Below are positions 18,064 through 26,835 of a stretch of 43,413 nt of DNA, piece by piece. The number at the start of each line of letters is the position of its first letter. Position 1 is the stretch's first letter. The translations under genes and the position numbers were made by a program. Source of the stretch: Phycisphaeraceae bacterium (lineage in GTDB: Bacteria > Planctomycetota > Phycisphaerae > Phycisphaerales > Zrk34). The notes below the pieces were generated by a model. That model made no database searches. It was given only the letters and a program-made list of their open reading frames with translations, and was not told the DNA's origin. Location: positions 1 through 43,413 of the forward strand of contig JBBDRF010000034.1 of the NCBI GenBank assembly GCA_040905565.1, read 5' to 3'.

Positions 18064-19008
18064 TCACGCAATCCGACGGGCGGGGGTGAAGTTTGGCGTT
18101 TTTCCGACGAGGATGCGTGATGTGCGATAGGCGGCCACAATGCCACGTTGACGTAGCCGATTTTGTGCGTCAATCGTCACATCGTCATCCTGAAGCTCCA
18201 TGAGCATAAGCAGTGACCGTATGACTGGGACCGCGAGCGGCACGTTCCAGATCGGCCATGTCCAGCGGGTGTTGTGACTGCGCTGGCCCGTGAAGCCTAC
18301 GGTGCGCAGCGCCTCGCCGCTCGGTAGTGAGGTGAACCATGCGAAGGCTTCGATAGCGAGTCGATTGGCACCAAGCATACCTCCCGATTTCTTCTTGTCC
18401 GGGTCGCCGGATGGTTGATGCCACTGGTGCGCATGGCGTCGATCTTCACTTGGATCAAGGTGCAGAGACTGGTTATCAAGCGGATCGGTATAGTCCCAGG
18501 CGGAAAAGATCGCCCGCCGCAGATGTTCCCTTGTGGTCTTGTTGATGATGGAAGTCAGGTTACCGTAGTGGTAGTCGCGTCGCGTAGTCTGCAATTGATT
18601 GATGGCGGTTGATGGGATGATGTCGCTTCCGAGTGCGGCGAGCCAGTCGGCATCAAGCCGCTGTTGATGGTGTGCGGTAGTGACTGATTGCTCAAACATC
18701 TCGCGGCGCTCAGACGGGTGATCCGTATCCAGATCGGCAAGGATGCGTATAGGGTGCGAGTCGATGGTCTTGGCAAGCGCGTTATCCAGGACATCAAGCA
18801 GGGACTCTTGACTGAAGGTTGAGCCAATTAAAACGGGTGTCCAGGTGCCATGTGCCGGCTGCCACTTCATGCGAATCGCACCGGAACCTGAAGTCGAATC
18901 AAGCGTCTGCAGCACGCCCAGTGCGGCGAGGAAGCCGAGTGGATTGGTGCCGTCGAGGCCTCCCAGTGGCAGGCCGTCTTGTTGCGGTGGGTGGGGCTGG
19001 GTTGTCAT
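18064..19008 (-). CDS. Short type I-G large-subunit-like protein (Cas8g2/Csb3-like), 314 aa
   Basis: LGGLDGTNPLGFLAALGVL N-terminus reminiscent of Cas8g/Csx17, plus GANRLAIEA and WTWPIW. ATG 19008 overlaps the cas3 stop (ATGA) and has a GGAGG RBS. Confidence 0.75.
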   Translation of the reverse strand: MTTQPHPPQQDGLPLGGLDGTNPLGFLAALGVLQTLDSTSGSGAIRMKWQPAHGTWTPVLIGSTFSQESLLDVLDNALAKTIDSHPIRILADLDTDHPSERREMFEQSVTTAHHQQRLDADWLAALGSDIIPSTAINQLQTTRRDYHYGNLTSIINKTTREHLRRAIFSAWDYTDPLDNQSLHLDPSEDRRHAHQWHQPSGDPDKKKSGGMLGANRLAIEAFAWFTSLPSGEALRTVGFTGQRSHNTRWTWPIWNVPLAVPVIRSLLMLMELQDDDVTIDAQNRLRQRGIVAAYRTSRILVGKTPNFTPARRIA

Positions 19009-22000
19009 AGCGTGGCCTCCGCGGGTTGGTCGGCGTCGTTGCTGGCGCGTTCTTGGCCGTTGTGTTTCTCGGCGTCCTCGGCGGCGCTGGCCTGCTGGTC
19101 GGCGAGACGGAGGACCGCTTCGAGGTAGGCCAGGCCCCACCAGCCGAAGCGGCGGGTGAGCAGCCAGAAGCGTTCGGCGATGCCGGAGTCCAATTGATGG
19201 GCGGGGATAAGTTGGGCACGTTGATCGTGGGGCAAGTCGATCCCGTTGACTTCGACGGTGGGCAGTTCGTCATCGCAAACGACAGGCGCGAAGGGGCGGG
19301 CGTGGCCGTGGTGGGCGGCGATGAGATGAAGGATCAGGTCGCGCTGCTCGACGTCGTCGGAGAGTTGTTTAGAGTGCTCGGCGAGTTGGACCGAGAGCAT
19401 CTCATGGCGAAAACCGGGGGGCAGGCCGGCGCGATCACGTGCGGCTTGACGTTGCCAAGGTGATTGCGGAAGCGCGTCGGACTTTGCCAGCAATGCCGAA
19501 GCGGTGTCCGTATGCAGCCATGCGTCGGTGCGATCGGCGCGGCGGAGCATCGCTTGAAAGCGATCGTCGGCTTTGCCGAGGTCGTGAAGGTTCGCCGCCA
19601 ATGCATAACTGTCAACGAACGCGTCAAGCGGCAGGTGTGCCAGTGAGTCACGCACCGCATCATGAACGTCCTTGGTGTGGTCGTCCAGCAGTATCTCACG
19701 CTTGTGCTGCGTGCGTGAGCTGTCGTCCTCGCCGTCATCGATTGAGGGGACGAACCAATCGGTGGATGTTCCAAGAAGTGTTCGCCCGGTCAGAACGACG
19801 CCTCGTTGATCGGGGTACGACTCAAGGCGAAACCCATGTTTTGCCATATGACGCAGAGCCTGCTTGCGTTCATCGTCGTCGTCCTGAATAGCATTCGCCG
19901 CGGCCTTGAGCATGTCGGACCACTCCGCACGCTTCGGCAATTCATCACGTTCGGCGGCGGCGAAGAGGTCATCGAATGCTTCGCCCTTGGGCAGCCGCGT
20001 TAGCAGCGAGGGGTGCAGGCGAATCGCCGCTCGATCGCGGGCACGGGTGAAGGCCGTTTCTGCGACGTCGTTGATGGCCGCGGCCCGCCGTTCCGCGCCC
20101 GCTTCATCGGTCGGCGGCGGATCATTCTTGTCGGCGTCTGGCAGGTGTCCCAGCACGCGCGAAGTTTCAGCCGACGCGGGGAGCACGAGCGTGTCGCCGG
20201 GGCGAAGGTCTTGAGGCGAAGTGAGCGGCGTGGGTTCTTTGATGCCGCGCCAGAGCACGCCGTTGTGCTGTAGCGATGGGGGGCGGTTGCTTTTGTTTTT
20301 CTTATCGCCTTCCTCGGTTTCGCTGATACCCAGCGTGTCGCCATGGTCCTGCGTCAGCTTCTCCTGCTGATCGGCGAGCCAGCGGCGGACGCGGGAGATG
20401 GGGATGCTGATACACTCAGCAGAAGTGGGAGGCAGTAATGCGACTACCTCAGGCCAATGCTCGCGGGTCATCGCATCGTCTTCGTCTTCGACGAGGTCGG
20501 CGCGCCAGCAGACCTGCACGTCGGGTTCGCCGCCTTGCGGGCCGTGGATAAACAGCGACACATCGGGATCGGGCACGGGTTTCGGCGCGGTTTGGCACAA
20601 GAAATCCACGTAAGCCGGCATCATGACCGGGGCTTTGAGCGAGGCCGATGGGGCGAGCAGTTCTTTAGGCGGCCGGCCGTTCTCGCCGTGCTCTTTGAGC
20701 CGTTTGTCGAAGGCGTCGATACCGAAATCCAACCGTTTTACAGGCGTTTCGTCGACTGTTGCTTCATCGGCATGTTCGTTAAGCCAGTTCCATGTTCGCG
20801 CCAGCGCGTTGCCGTAGATCGGGTCGAGGTGTCTTTTGGAGGATTCCTTGGCAGCTTCCGCCTTCGCGATCTCCTCTTCCGATTTTACGGCTTTCTTGTC
20901 GATCAGCACGTAGGCACCGGCCTCTATCGAGCGTCCCGCACGGTTGAGCCGACCGAAACGCTGACGCAGGGCATCGAGCGAAGCGCACTCGGTGATGAGT
21001 ACGTCGAAGTCGTAGTCGGCTCCGACTTCAAGACATTGCGTGGCAACAACGAAGCTGGGCTGTTCGGTGATCTCCGGGCGGTCAGGGCCGACAGGCCCGA
21101 CGAGCGGGCGCAGAACCTTCGCCTGCTCATCGCGATCGATCGGCCGCATCGAGCCAATGACCAGTTCGATCGTGGCGTCGCTTGCGACCTTCCGTTTCTT
21201 GTCACTGAGTTCACGCTGGAGCGCGCGCAACTGTTCGTAAATCGCTTTCGCGGTAGCGATGCGGTTGACAATGATGCCCACGGCAAGGGGCTTATCGCCG
21301 TGGAGCGACTTGGCGACGATGTCGATGACCTCTTGGGCCACATCTTTTTTCGTCTCGCGAAGTTCGGCGGGTTTGGGGGCTTTGAGGCGGTTGAGCAGTG
21401 GGAGTTCCGGATCGCGATCATCGTTTTTTAGCTTGATAAGCTGATCTTCGGGTAGGTCCTTTGGCGGCGTGGCGGTCATGGGCACGACGATGAAGGGACG
21501 GATGCCGATCGGTTGTTCGACCCACTTGTCGCGATCAAGATAGCGCGTGACAGAATCCAATGTCTGACGAAATGGCTCGCTGATGTGGGCTTCATCAAGC
21601 AGGATGAGCGAGTCATAGGCGATCAATGCCGCCTGGATCGGCGCGGCGTTTGTCGAGACGCCGTAGCCGCGGAACAGCAGGCGGGAGCCGAGCTGGTCGA
21701 GCGTCGTGCAGACGATGGTGGGCTGCGCGATCGAGCGTGCCCAGCGGTTGTCGCGATAGATCCCGCCACGCAGTTCGAGCACATCGAGCGGTGGGGTGTT
21801 GTCGGTAGTCTTGGCTCCCGCAATCTTGCGCAACTCCGCCGCGACTTGGCATAAGATTTCGCTGCCGTTCGTATCGTTCCCCTCGGCTTCCAGTATCGTT
21901 TTGGCGATGCTGCGGGCGCGGGTGTACGCTTCGTCCACGATCACACGGCGGTTGACGCAAAAGAAAATGCGACGCGGCGCGGTGCGCTGCTCAACCGGCA

Positions 22001-22196
22001 ACGACGCCTGGCACGCCAGTGCGAAAACGGCGATGTCGATGCACGCCGTCTTGCCGCTGCCGGTGGGCAGATCGATCGCGCCTGGCCATTTGCCGGTAAC
22101 GGCCTGGGCGGCGAGGCGTTTCTGCCACGGATAGGCGGCATGGCCATGCAGAGCTTCGAAGTAGGCGTCAAACTCCGCGATTGTCAGTCCACTCAT
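19005..22196 (-). CDS. cas3: Type I-G Cas3 helicase-nuclease (C-terminal HD domain)
   Basis: LPTGSGKT, VNRRVIVD, LDEAH, MTATP, TQCLEVGAD, QRFGRLNR, then HD motifs HDLGKAD, RHE, AAHHG at the C-terminus. Confidence 0.96.
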   Translation of the reverse strand: MSGLTIAEFDAYFEALHGHAAYPWQKRLAAQAVTGKWPGAIDLPTGSGKTACIDIAVFALACQASLPVEQRTAPRRIFFCVNRRVIVDEAYTRARSIAKTILEAEGNDTNGSEILCQVAAELRKIAGAKTTDNTPPLDVLELRGGIYRDNRWARSIAQPTIVCTTLDQLGSRLLFRGYGVSTNAAPIQAALIAYDSLILLDEAHISEPFRQTLDSVTRYLDRDKWVEQPIGIRPFIVVPMTATPPKDLPEDQLIKLKNDDRDPELPLLNRLKAPKPAELRETKKDVAQEVIDIVAKSLHGDKPLAVGIIVNRIATAKAIYEQLRALQRELSDKKRKVASDATIELVIGSMRPIDRDEQAKVLRPLVGPVGPDRPEITEQPSFVVATQCLEVGADYDFDVLITECASLDALRQRFGRLNRAGRSIEAGAYVLIDKKAVKSEEEIAKAEAAKESSKRHLDPIYGNALARTWNWLNEHADEATVDETPVKRLDFGIDAFDKRLKEHGENGRPPKELLAPSASLKAPVMMPAYVDFLCQTAPKPVPDPDVSLFIHGPQGGEPDVQVCWRADLVEDEDDAMTREHWPEVVALLPPTSAECISIPISRVRRWLADQQEKLTQDHGDTLGISETEEGDKKNKSNRPPSLQHNGVLWRGIKEPTPLTSPQDLRPGDTLVLPASAETSRVLGHLPDADKNDPPPTDEAGAERRAAAINDVAETAFTRARDRAAIRLHPSLLTRLPKGEAFDDLFAAAERDELPKRAEWSDMLKAAANAIQDDDDERKQALRHMAKHGFRLESYPDQRGVVLTGRTLLGTSTDWFVPSIDDGEDDSSRTQHKREILLDDHTKDVHDAVRDSLAHLPLDAFVDSYALAANLHDLGKADDRFQAMLRRADRTDAWLHTDTASALLAKSDALPQSPWQRQAARDRAGLPPGFRHEMLSVQLAEHSKQLSDDVEQRDLILHLIAAHHGHARPFAPVVCDDELPTVEVNGIDLPHDQRAQLIPAHQLDSGIAERFWLLTRRFGWWGLAYLEAVLRLADQQASAAEDAEKHNGQERASNDADQPAEATL

Positions 22197-23911
22197 CGGC
22201 CTGCCTCCTGTCCACTGTTCAGAGGTCTACACAACCCGTAGCCGAGATACCGTCCCGCTCCCAGAAGCACCGGCCCGACGATCCGCTCAGCGAACGCCAG
22301 CCTGACATGCACCTGCGGTCGCGATGCGTTGGTTCCCTTGGGCGGGTAGAACGCGAAGCCCTCCCCCAGTGTCGCACCGCCGGCCTGTGTTGCATCATTC
22401 CCACGCAGCGGCCGACGCTTGCCCACCGCCCGCGCACTGCCCCGATGCCAGCATGTCGTGTCGACATCAACGCTCGGCTTGGGCAGGCCGAGGCGTCTGC
22501 AGGCTGCTTGCACGATGCGCACGACTTCATCGATCCATTTTTTACGATCGTTGATGCGATCGGACTTGGGGAACCGGTCGAGCACGACCGGCGTCACGCT
22601 CGCCCAGATCTTTTCCCCCGTCGGGTGGGCCGTCCACGTCTCGGGCTGGAGCGCTCTGCGTCCTTCACTCCAGTCGCGCTTGATGACTTTCCACACGCCG
22701 AGTCGACCGAGTTGCAGCTCGATTTCACGCGGCTGTCTCTCGCTGTTGATCAGCAGCGGCCCCAGCACCTGGCCACGCTCGGAGCGAGGCACGGAGCGCG
22801 GGAACACCAGCCCCACACCCAGCAGATGCCCGTCCGCGTGATCGTGGTCGACAAACGGCAGCGGGATGCACGCAAGATGCCCATCCGCTTCGTCGCCGGG
22901 TTCCCCATCCGCTTGATGCCCGCTGACCCACGGCGGAACGGGCTGAGGGCAATGACGCATGATCGCACCACGCAGCGCCCGCGTCACCGCCAGCGTTGAC
23001 ACCACCGGCAACGGCGGCCCGTCGACATGCGTCAGCACCAACATATCCGTGTCGAAATGCGTTTCCGGTCGCTCAGCCTGCGCTGCGCCACCGTTGGACA
23101 TGCGATAGCCCGACCACAACCCCAGCGTCGGGCGAATTGGTGGCCGCGTTACGACGCCCGCGATCTGCGCTTCGAGAGGTTCGATTTCCGCGTCGAGCGC
23201 TGCTTTGTGTTCCTTCGCTCCCTTGCCTTTGGCCGCTTTCCTGGATGCTTTCAGTGCATCAATCTGTTGCGTGAGTTCGGCGTGCTTCATGCGTGTCGCC
23301 TCACCGAACCGGTCGGCAAGCATGTCCAGCATGCCGCGGGAGATCGACCGCACCTGCCGATCGGCGAGGCAGTCGTCGGGGATCAGACGCTCGCCGGTCG
23401 CGTCATTTACCTCCGCGGAATCCGCCACCCACATCCGCACCAGCGACGACGCATGCCCGATCCGCGTGGCCTTGCTACAAAGCCGATCCAGCGCGTCGCG
23501 GTACTTCTCGACGTCCTTGGCCTCCGGCCAATGCATGAAACACGGCGTGTCCGCCACGTGAACCCGTGGAAAGGTGCGCGGCTGTTTGCTGCGTGTCATG
23601 GCCGGGGCCGATTGCAGGGTCGCCGCGGCAGGACCGGCCTTGTCGTTCACCGGGACATAGAACGTGACGTTGGACCGCTCGACAACCTGCTCGCGCGGCG
23701 GCAACACTAGCTCCGGATCGCCCAGCTTCTCCAGCCACCGCAGCGCCTCGCCTTCAGCGGCGTCTTCGTCTGTCTCAAACCACGCAGCGGCCAGCGCCAT
23801 GAACACCCGCCCCGGGTGTGGCGGCCACTCCGCTCGCTCCCGACTGCTCGGGTCCGTCGCCACCGCGTAGCCGGTCAAATATTCCCAGCCGATGGTCACT
23901 CCGGGCATCAC
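22193..23911 (-). CDS. csb2: Type I-G Csb2 (Cas5-Cas6 fusion)
   Basis: AEWPPHPGRVFMALAA, RIGHASS, SGH...HL...LPFV, WASVTP, GPVLLGAGRYLGYGLC. Confidence 0.95.
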   Translation of the reverse strand: MMPGVTIGWEYLTGYAVATDPSSRERAEWPPHPGRVFMALAAAWFETDEDAAEGEALRWLEKLGDPELVLPPREQVVERSNVTFYVPVNDKAGPAAATLQSAPAMTRSKQPRTFPRVHVADTPCFMHWPEAKDVEKYRDALDRLCSKATRIGHASSLVRMWVADSAEVNDATGERLIPDDCLADRQVRSISRGMLDMLADRFGEATRMKHAELTQQIDALKASRKAAKGKGAKEHKAALDAEIEPLEAQIAGVVTRPPIRPTLGLWSGYRMSNGGAAQAERPETHFDTDMLVLTHVDGPPLPVVSTLAVTRALRGAIMRHCPQPVPPWVSGHQADGEPGDEADGHLACIPLPFVDHDHADGHLLGVGLVFPRSVPRSERGQVLGPLLINSERQPREIELQLGRLGVWKVIKRDWSEGRRALQPETWTAHPTGEKIWASVTPVVLDRFPKSDRINDRKKWIDEVVRIVQAACRRLGLPKPSVDVDTTCWHRGSARAVGKRRPLRGNDATQAGGATLGEGFAFYPPKGTNASRPQVHVRLAFAERIVGPVLLGAGRYLGYGLCRPLNSGQEAGR

Positions 23912-25374
23912 TCACCCCCTTCACCACTGTCGCCACCCTGCTTGGCGGCAAGCTTCTGGCTCTTCACGACCAGCTTCACCAGTTGCTTGGAGGGCGTGAG
24001 CGTCAACGGCTCCTCCCGCCACGGCAGCCCGACTTTCTTCGCCGCCGTGACAGCATCGTTGAACAGCGCGATCGCGTCGTCGGCGCTCAGCACAAACGCG
24101 CTGCCGGCCTTTCGGTCCAGCACTTCCCACGTCAGGTCAGCTTCCGGATAAAGTAGACACCGCGAACGCAGGTCCAGTCCCGCATCATCGGCCAGCGCCG
24201 CTGCCATCAACCCCAACGCTGCGAGCACTGTCCGTGCCGCGTGGTCTCGCTCGGGGCTGCATTTGCCTTCGGCGTCCGGGAACCGCAGCCGACGCAGCGC
24301 TGGAAGCGACAGCACGATGGTCTGCTCCGCCGAGGCGATCGTCACGCCGCCGGGAGCGATGCGGCCCTCACGCGCCTCGTTCTCCCGTTCTCGAATGTCG
24401 CTGGAGAAATGAAAGGCATCATCCGTGCTGCGCCCGCTGTACTTCAAGGAAATATCAGCGCCTTTTAGCGGATTGGGGCCTTCAGCGCCTTTGGTGTATT
24501 TTCCAAATGAAGGGGTCACATTGCCGTGGTTCGCTTCCGAGGGCTTGCCGTCTTTGCCGAGCATGGCGGGCTTGCCCTTTTCCTTACGGGCCTCCGCTTC
24601 ATCGAGCGTCCAGCCGCCGCCCTTGGCTGCGTAGAGCGGGCCGGCCTTGAGTTGAATCCCCAGTGGATCAATGCGGCTGCTCGTCTTCACGCCGTAAACC
24701 GCGTCAATGCCGACGATCTCGCTGACCATGGCCCGCTCGAACTTCGCGCCGAGGCCGCCCTTGGGGCCGGTGGAATCCCACATGCCCAGCAGCAGGGCCG
24801 TGGGGCACAACTCGAACAGCGGCGTGGCATTTTTCAACCCCACACGATCGATCGCCTTGCCCACGTCAGACTGGCGAAACGGCTTGCCGTCCAGCTCGCT
24901 GTCACGCAGGATCGCGTCGGCAATACGGTGCGGCGCCTGCAGCGAACTGACCTTCCCCACCGGATCGAGCAGGTCCATCTCGCCTCGCTTCTCCTCCGGC
25001 AGCGACGCCTTAGCCTCATCAAAGTACGGCTCGAAATCCACCTCGATCACCGGAACTTTCACCCGCCCCTCGTCCACCGCCTGCTGCAGCGCTTCTTCCA
25101 TGCGGTTGGCCTGGCTTTGCACGCTGTCGAGCAGAACGCAGTTCACCGGCTCATCCCAGCCGGGCACCCGTCGCTGCTCGGTCGCGTAGACTGCCCCGGC
25201 ATAGGTCGGCGGAAAGACCTTCGTCCCCTCCCCCGCCGCCGGCTGAAGCGTGGCCCGGCTACGCAGCGCGGTGGCCCGCCCCTCCACCGCCGCTCTCAAG
25301 TCCTTAAGCGTGAGCGTTCCCGCCTCGCCGTTCCCGGTCACCCGATTCGCCGTCACTGTTTTAGCCATCAGCAT
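23908..25374 (-). CDS. csb1: Type I-G backbone protein Csb1/Cas7g
   Basis: LQPAAG..KVFPPTY, LLDSVQSQANRME, APHRIADA, LLLGMWDS, LRSRCLL. AAGGAA RBS. Confidence 0.95.
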   Translation of the reverse strand: MLMAKTVTANRVTGNGEAGTLTLKDLRAAVEGRATALRSRATLQPAAGEGTKVFPPTYAGAVYATEQRRVPGWDEPVNCVLLDSVQSQANRMEEALQQAVDEGRVKVPVIEVDFEPYFDEAKASLPEEKRGEMDLLDPVGKVSSLQAPHRIADAILRDSELDGKPFRQSDVGKAIDRVGLKNATPLFELCPTALLLGMWDSTGPKGGLGAKFERAMVSEIVGIDAVYGVKTSSRIDPLGIQLKAGPLYAAKGGGWTLDEAEARKEKGKPAMLGKDGKPSEANHGNVTPSFGKYTKGAEGPNPLKGADISLKYSGRSTDDAFHFSSDIRERENEAREGRIAPGGVTIASAEQTIVLSLPALRRLRFPDAEGKCSPERDHAARTVLAALGLMAAALADDAGLDLRSRCLLYPEADLTWEVLDRKAGSAFVLSADDAIALFNDAVTAAKKVGLPWREEPLTLTPSKQLVKLVVKSQKLAAKQGGDSGEGGE

Positions 25375-25675
25375 GGTTCCTTCGTTTTGAGTTCACACGT
25401 TCAACTTCGATACGTTCAACTTCGCGATGATCGTCTGCACATGCCCAGCCGACGGGTAAGCAGGCGAGCGAGGTTGCGTGGGCTGATCGGCTGACCACGG
25501 ACCGCAGCCAATCGCCCATCACGGTGCGTCCGTTGGGCACACCATCGCAACACGCGCTCGCCTGCATCGCCCGAATCCTTCCGCAGGCGGGGTAGCCGTA
25601 TTGCCCTGTCCAAGCGATCCATCGCCAACCCTCCCAGAGGCCGCTTCCCTGCGACGCAACTTACACCATACAGAT

Positions 25676-25701
25676 GCCACTGACAGCGCATTGTCAGCGG
25701 C
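25676..25701. promoter_or_regulatory. Palindromic operator upstream of the cas operon, candidate WYL-regulator site
   Basis: GCCACTGACA-GCGCAT-TGTCAGCGGC (arms 9/10 symmetric). On the minus strand TGTCAG is followed 9 nt later by a TATGGT -10-like hexamer (25670-25665). Confidence 0.6.
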
Positions 25702-25758
25702 GGTCAAAACTTTTCCTGCATTGGGCATGTTTCGGTTAAACGCACAGGTTGTTGATCC

Positions 25759-26268
25759 TCAAAAGGTGATGTTGGTGGGGCTGGGATCGAGCAGGTAGAC
25801 TCGGTATTTCCGCTGCATCTCATACATGATCGCCACAACGTCGGGCCAGCGATCGCCGAGTCGTTCCGCCCACCGCTGTCGCGCTTCGGTCATGATTTCC
25901 TCGGGAAAATCTGGTGGCGCATCCACCGTCGCCTTGGCAAAATCCAAAATGTATGGTCGTTGAACGATCGACATCTCAATTACGCGAAGCTCATCGTTGT
26001 GATCAAGAAGCTGTGGCACGCTATGGCCGCGAATCTGCTGGACGTGGTGCTCGTTGAGACGTTGATAGACCTGAAGCTCCGTGCGGTAGCCAGCCTCGCG
26101 GTCAAACGCCTTCACGGCAGATCTGCAGTCGAGCTCGACGACGACTCCGTCCATACCAAAACCCAGGCCCGCGATGATGGCGTGGCCACGATTCCGCGTG
26201 TATGATTCGAGGTGCGTCGCCGTCGCCTTGCTTGCACCGCCCCGGATAAAGCGTTGGATGTCATCCAT
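25759..26268 (-). CDS. Small protein-kinase-like-fold protein (169 aa)
   Basis: LGFGMDGVV (GxGxxG), SAVK, TELQVY, VPQLL, ILDFA and a C-terminal DPSPTNI (DxxxxN). Start uncertain. Confidence 0.7.
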   Translation of the reverse strand: MDDIQRFIRGGASKATATHLESYTRNRGHAIIAGLGFGMDGVVVELDCRSAVKAFDREAGYRTELQVYQRLNEHHVQQIRGHSVPQLLDHNDELRVIEMSIVQRPYILDFAKATVDAPPDFPEEIMTEARQRWAERLGDRWPDVVAIMYEMQRKYRVYLLDPSPTNITF

Positions 26269-26515
26269 GACCGCTGCTCGCCACCACTCGGCAAATGTTC
26301 GTTTGTACCTCGAATCTCGTGGGCAGACGGTAGCGCTTGCCCAAGTGGCACCGAACTGGGTCATCCCTGTTGAATCGTGCAACCTCCCCGCGGGCGAGGC
26401 GGAGGTGGTGACCAATGTCGACGGCCGCGAGCATCGCTGGCGTGTCTTCCTCACCGACGGTATGTCCGATCCGCATGTCCGTACCCAAGTTCGCCCGCAC
26501 CTTCCAGTCAGCTAA
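26267..26515 (+). CDS. Small hypothetical, probably beta-rich protein (82 aa)
   Basis: MTAARHHSANVRLYLESRGQTVALAQVAPNWVI...AEVVTNVDGREHRWRVFL has alternating hydrophobic strand patterns and is followed by a GC hairpin at 26521-26536. Confidence 0.6.
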   Translation: MTAARHHSANVRLYLESRGQTVALAQVAPNWVIPVESCNLPAGEAEVVTNVDGREHRWRVFLTDGMSDPHVRTQVRPHLPVS

Positions 26516-26570
26516 TGGGGCCGCGCCGAAGCGCGGAAATAGGTTGCTTCGTCGCAGGGGCGCGATACAA

Positions 26571-26645
26571 TAGCCGCCGCGGGATTCGAACCCGCACTTG
26601 GAGCACTTGGAAAGAGCTTGCCTCTGCCAATTGGGCTAGGCGGCC
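26571..26645 (-). tRNA. Atypical tRNA or tRNA-like RNA, anticodon TCC (nominally Gly)
   Basis: GGCCGCC-TA-GCCCAATTGGCAGAGGC-A-AGCTC-TTTCCAA-GTGCT-CCAAGT-GCGGG-TTCGAAT-CCCGC-GGCGGCT-A: full cloverleaf, U-U mismatch in the anticodon stem, discriminator A, no encoded CCA. Confidence 0.75.
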
Positions 26646-26690
26646 TACCGAGCGGGAGTACACACATACTCCCGCTCTTCTTATGCGCCG

Positions 26691-26718
26691 ACTTTAACTC
26701 ATTTCAGCGCGGTTGCAA
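26691..26718 (-). promoter_or_regulatory. Sigma70-type promoter for the tRNA-like gene
   Basis: TTGCAA-N16-TAAAGT, the same spacing and -10 hexamer as the tRNA-Val promoter at 37190-37217. Confidence 0.55.
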
Positions 26719-26835
26719 GATCAAAGTCAAAAAAATTGCTCCTTCCTAATCCTTCCTCTTTTCTGTATCATTAACACAGGTGAAAGTGGCCCAATTGAAG
26801 CATGATCCAGAAAGCAGGAAGGATTTCCACTTTCA

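Noticed and set aside
25375..25660. Mini-array or CreTA-like degenerate repeat upstream of csb1
   Set aside because: No sequence resembling the repeat hairpin plus the ATTGAAGC handle was found.
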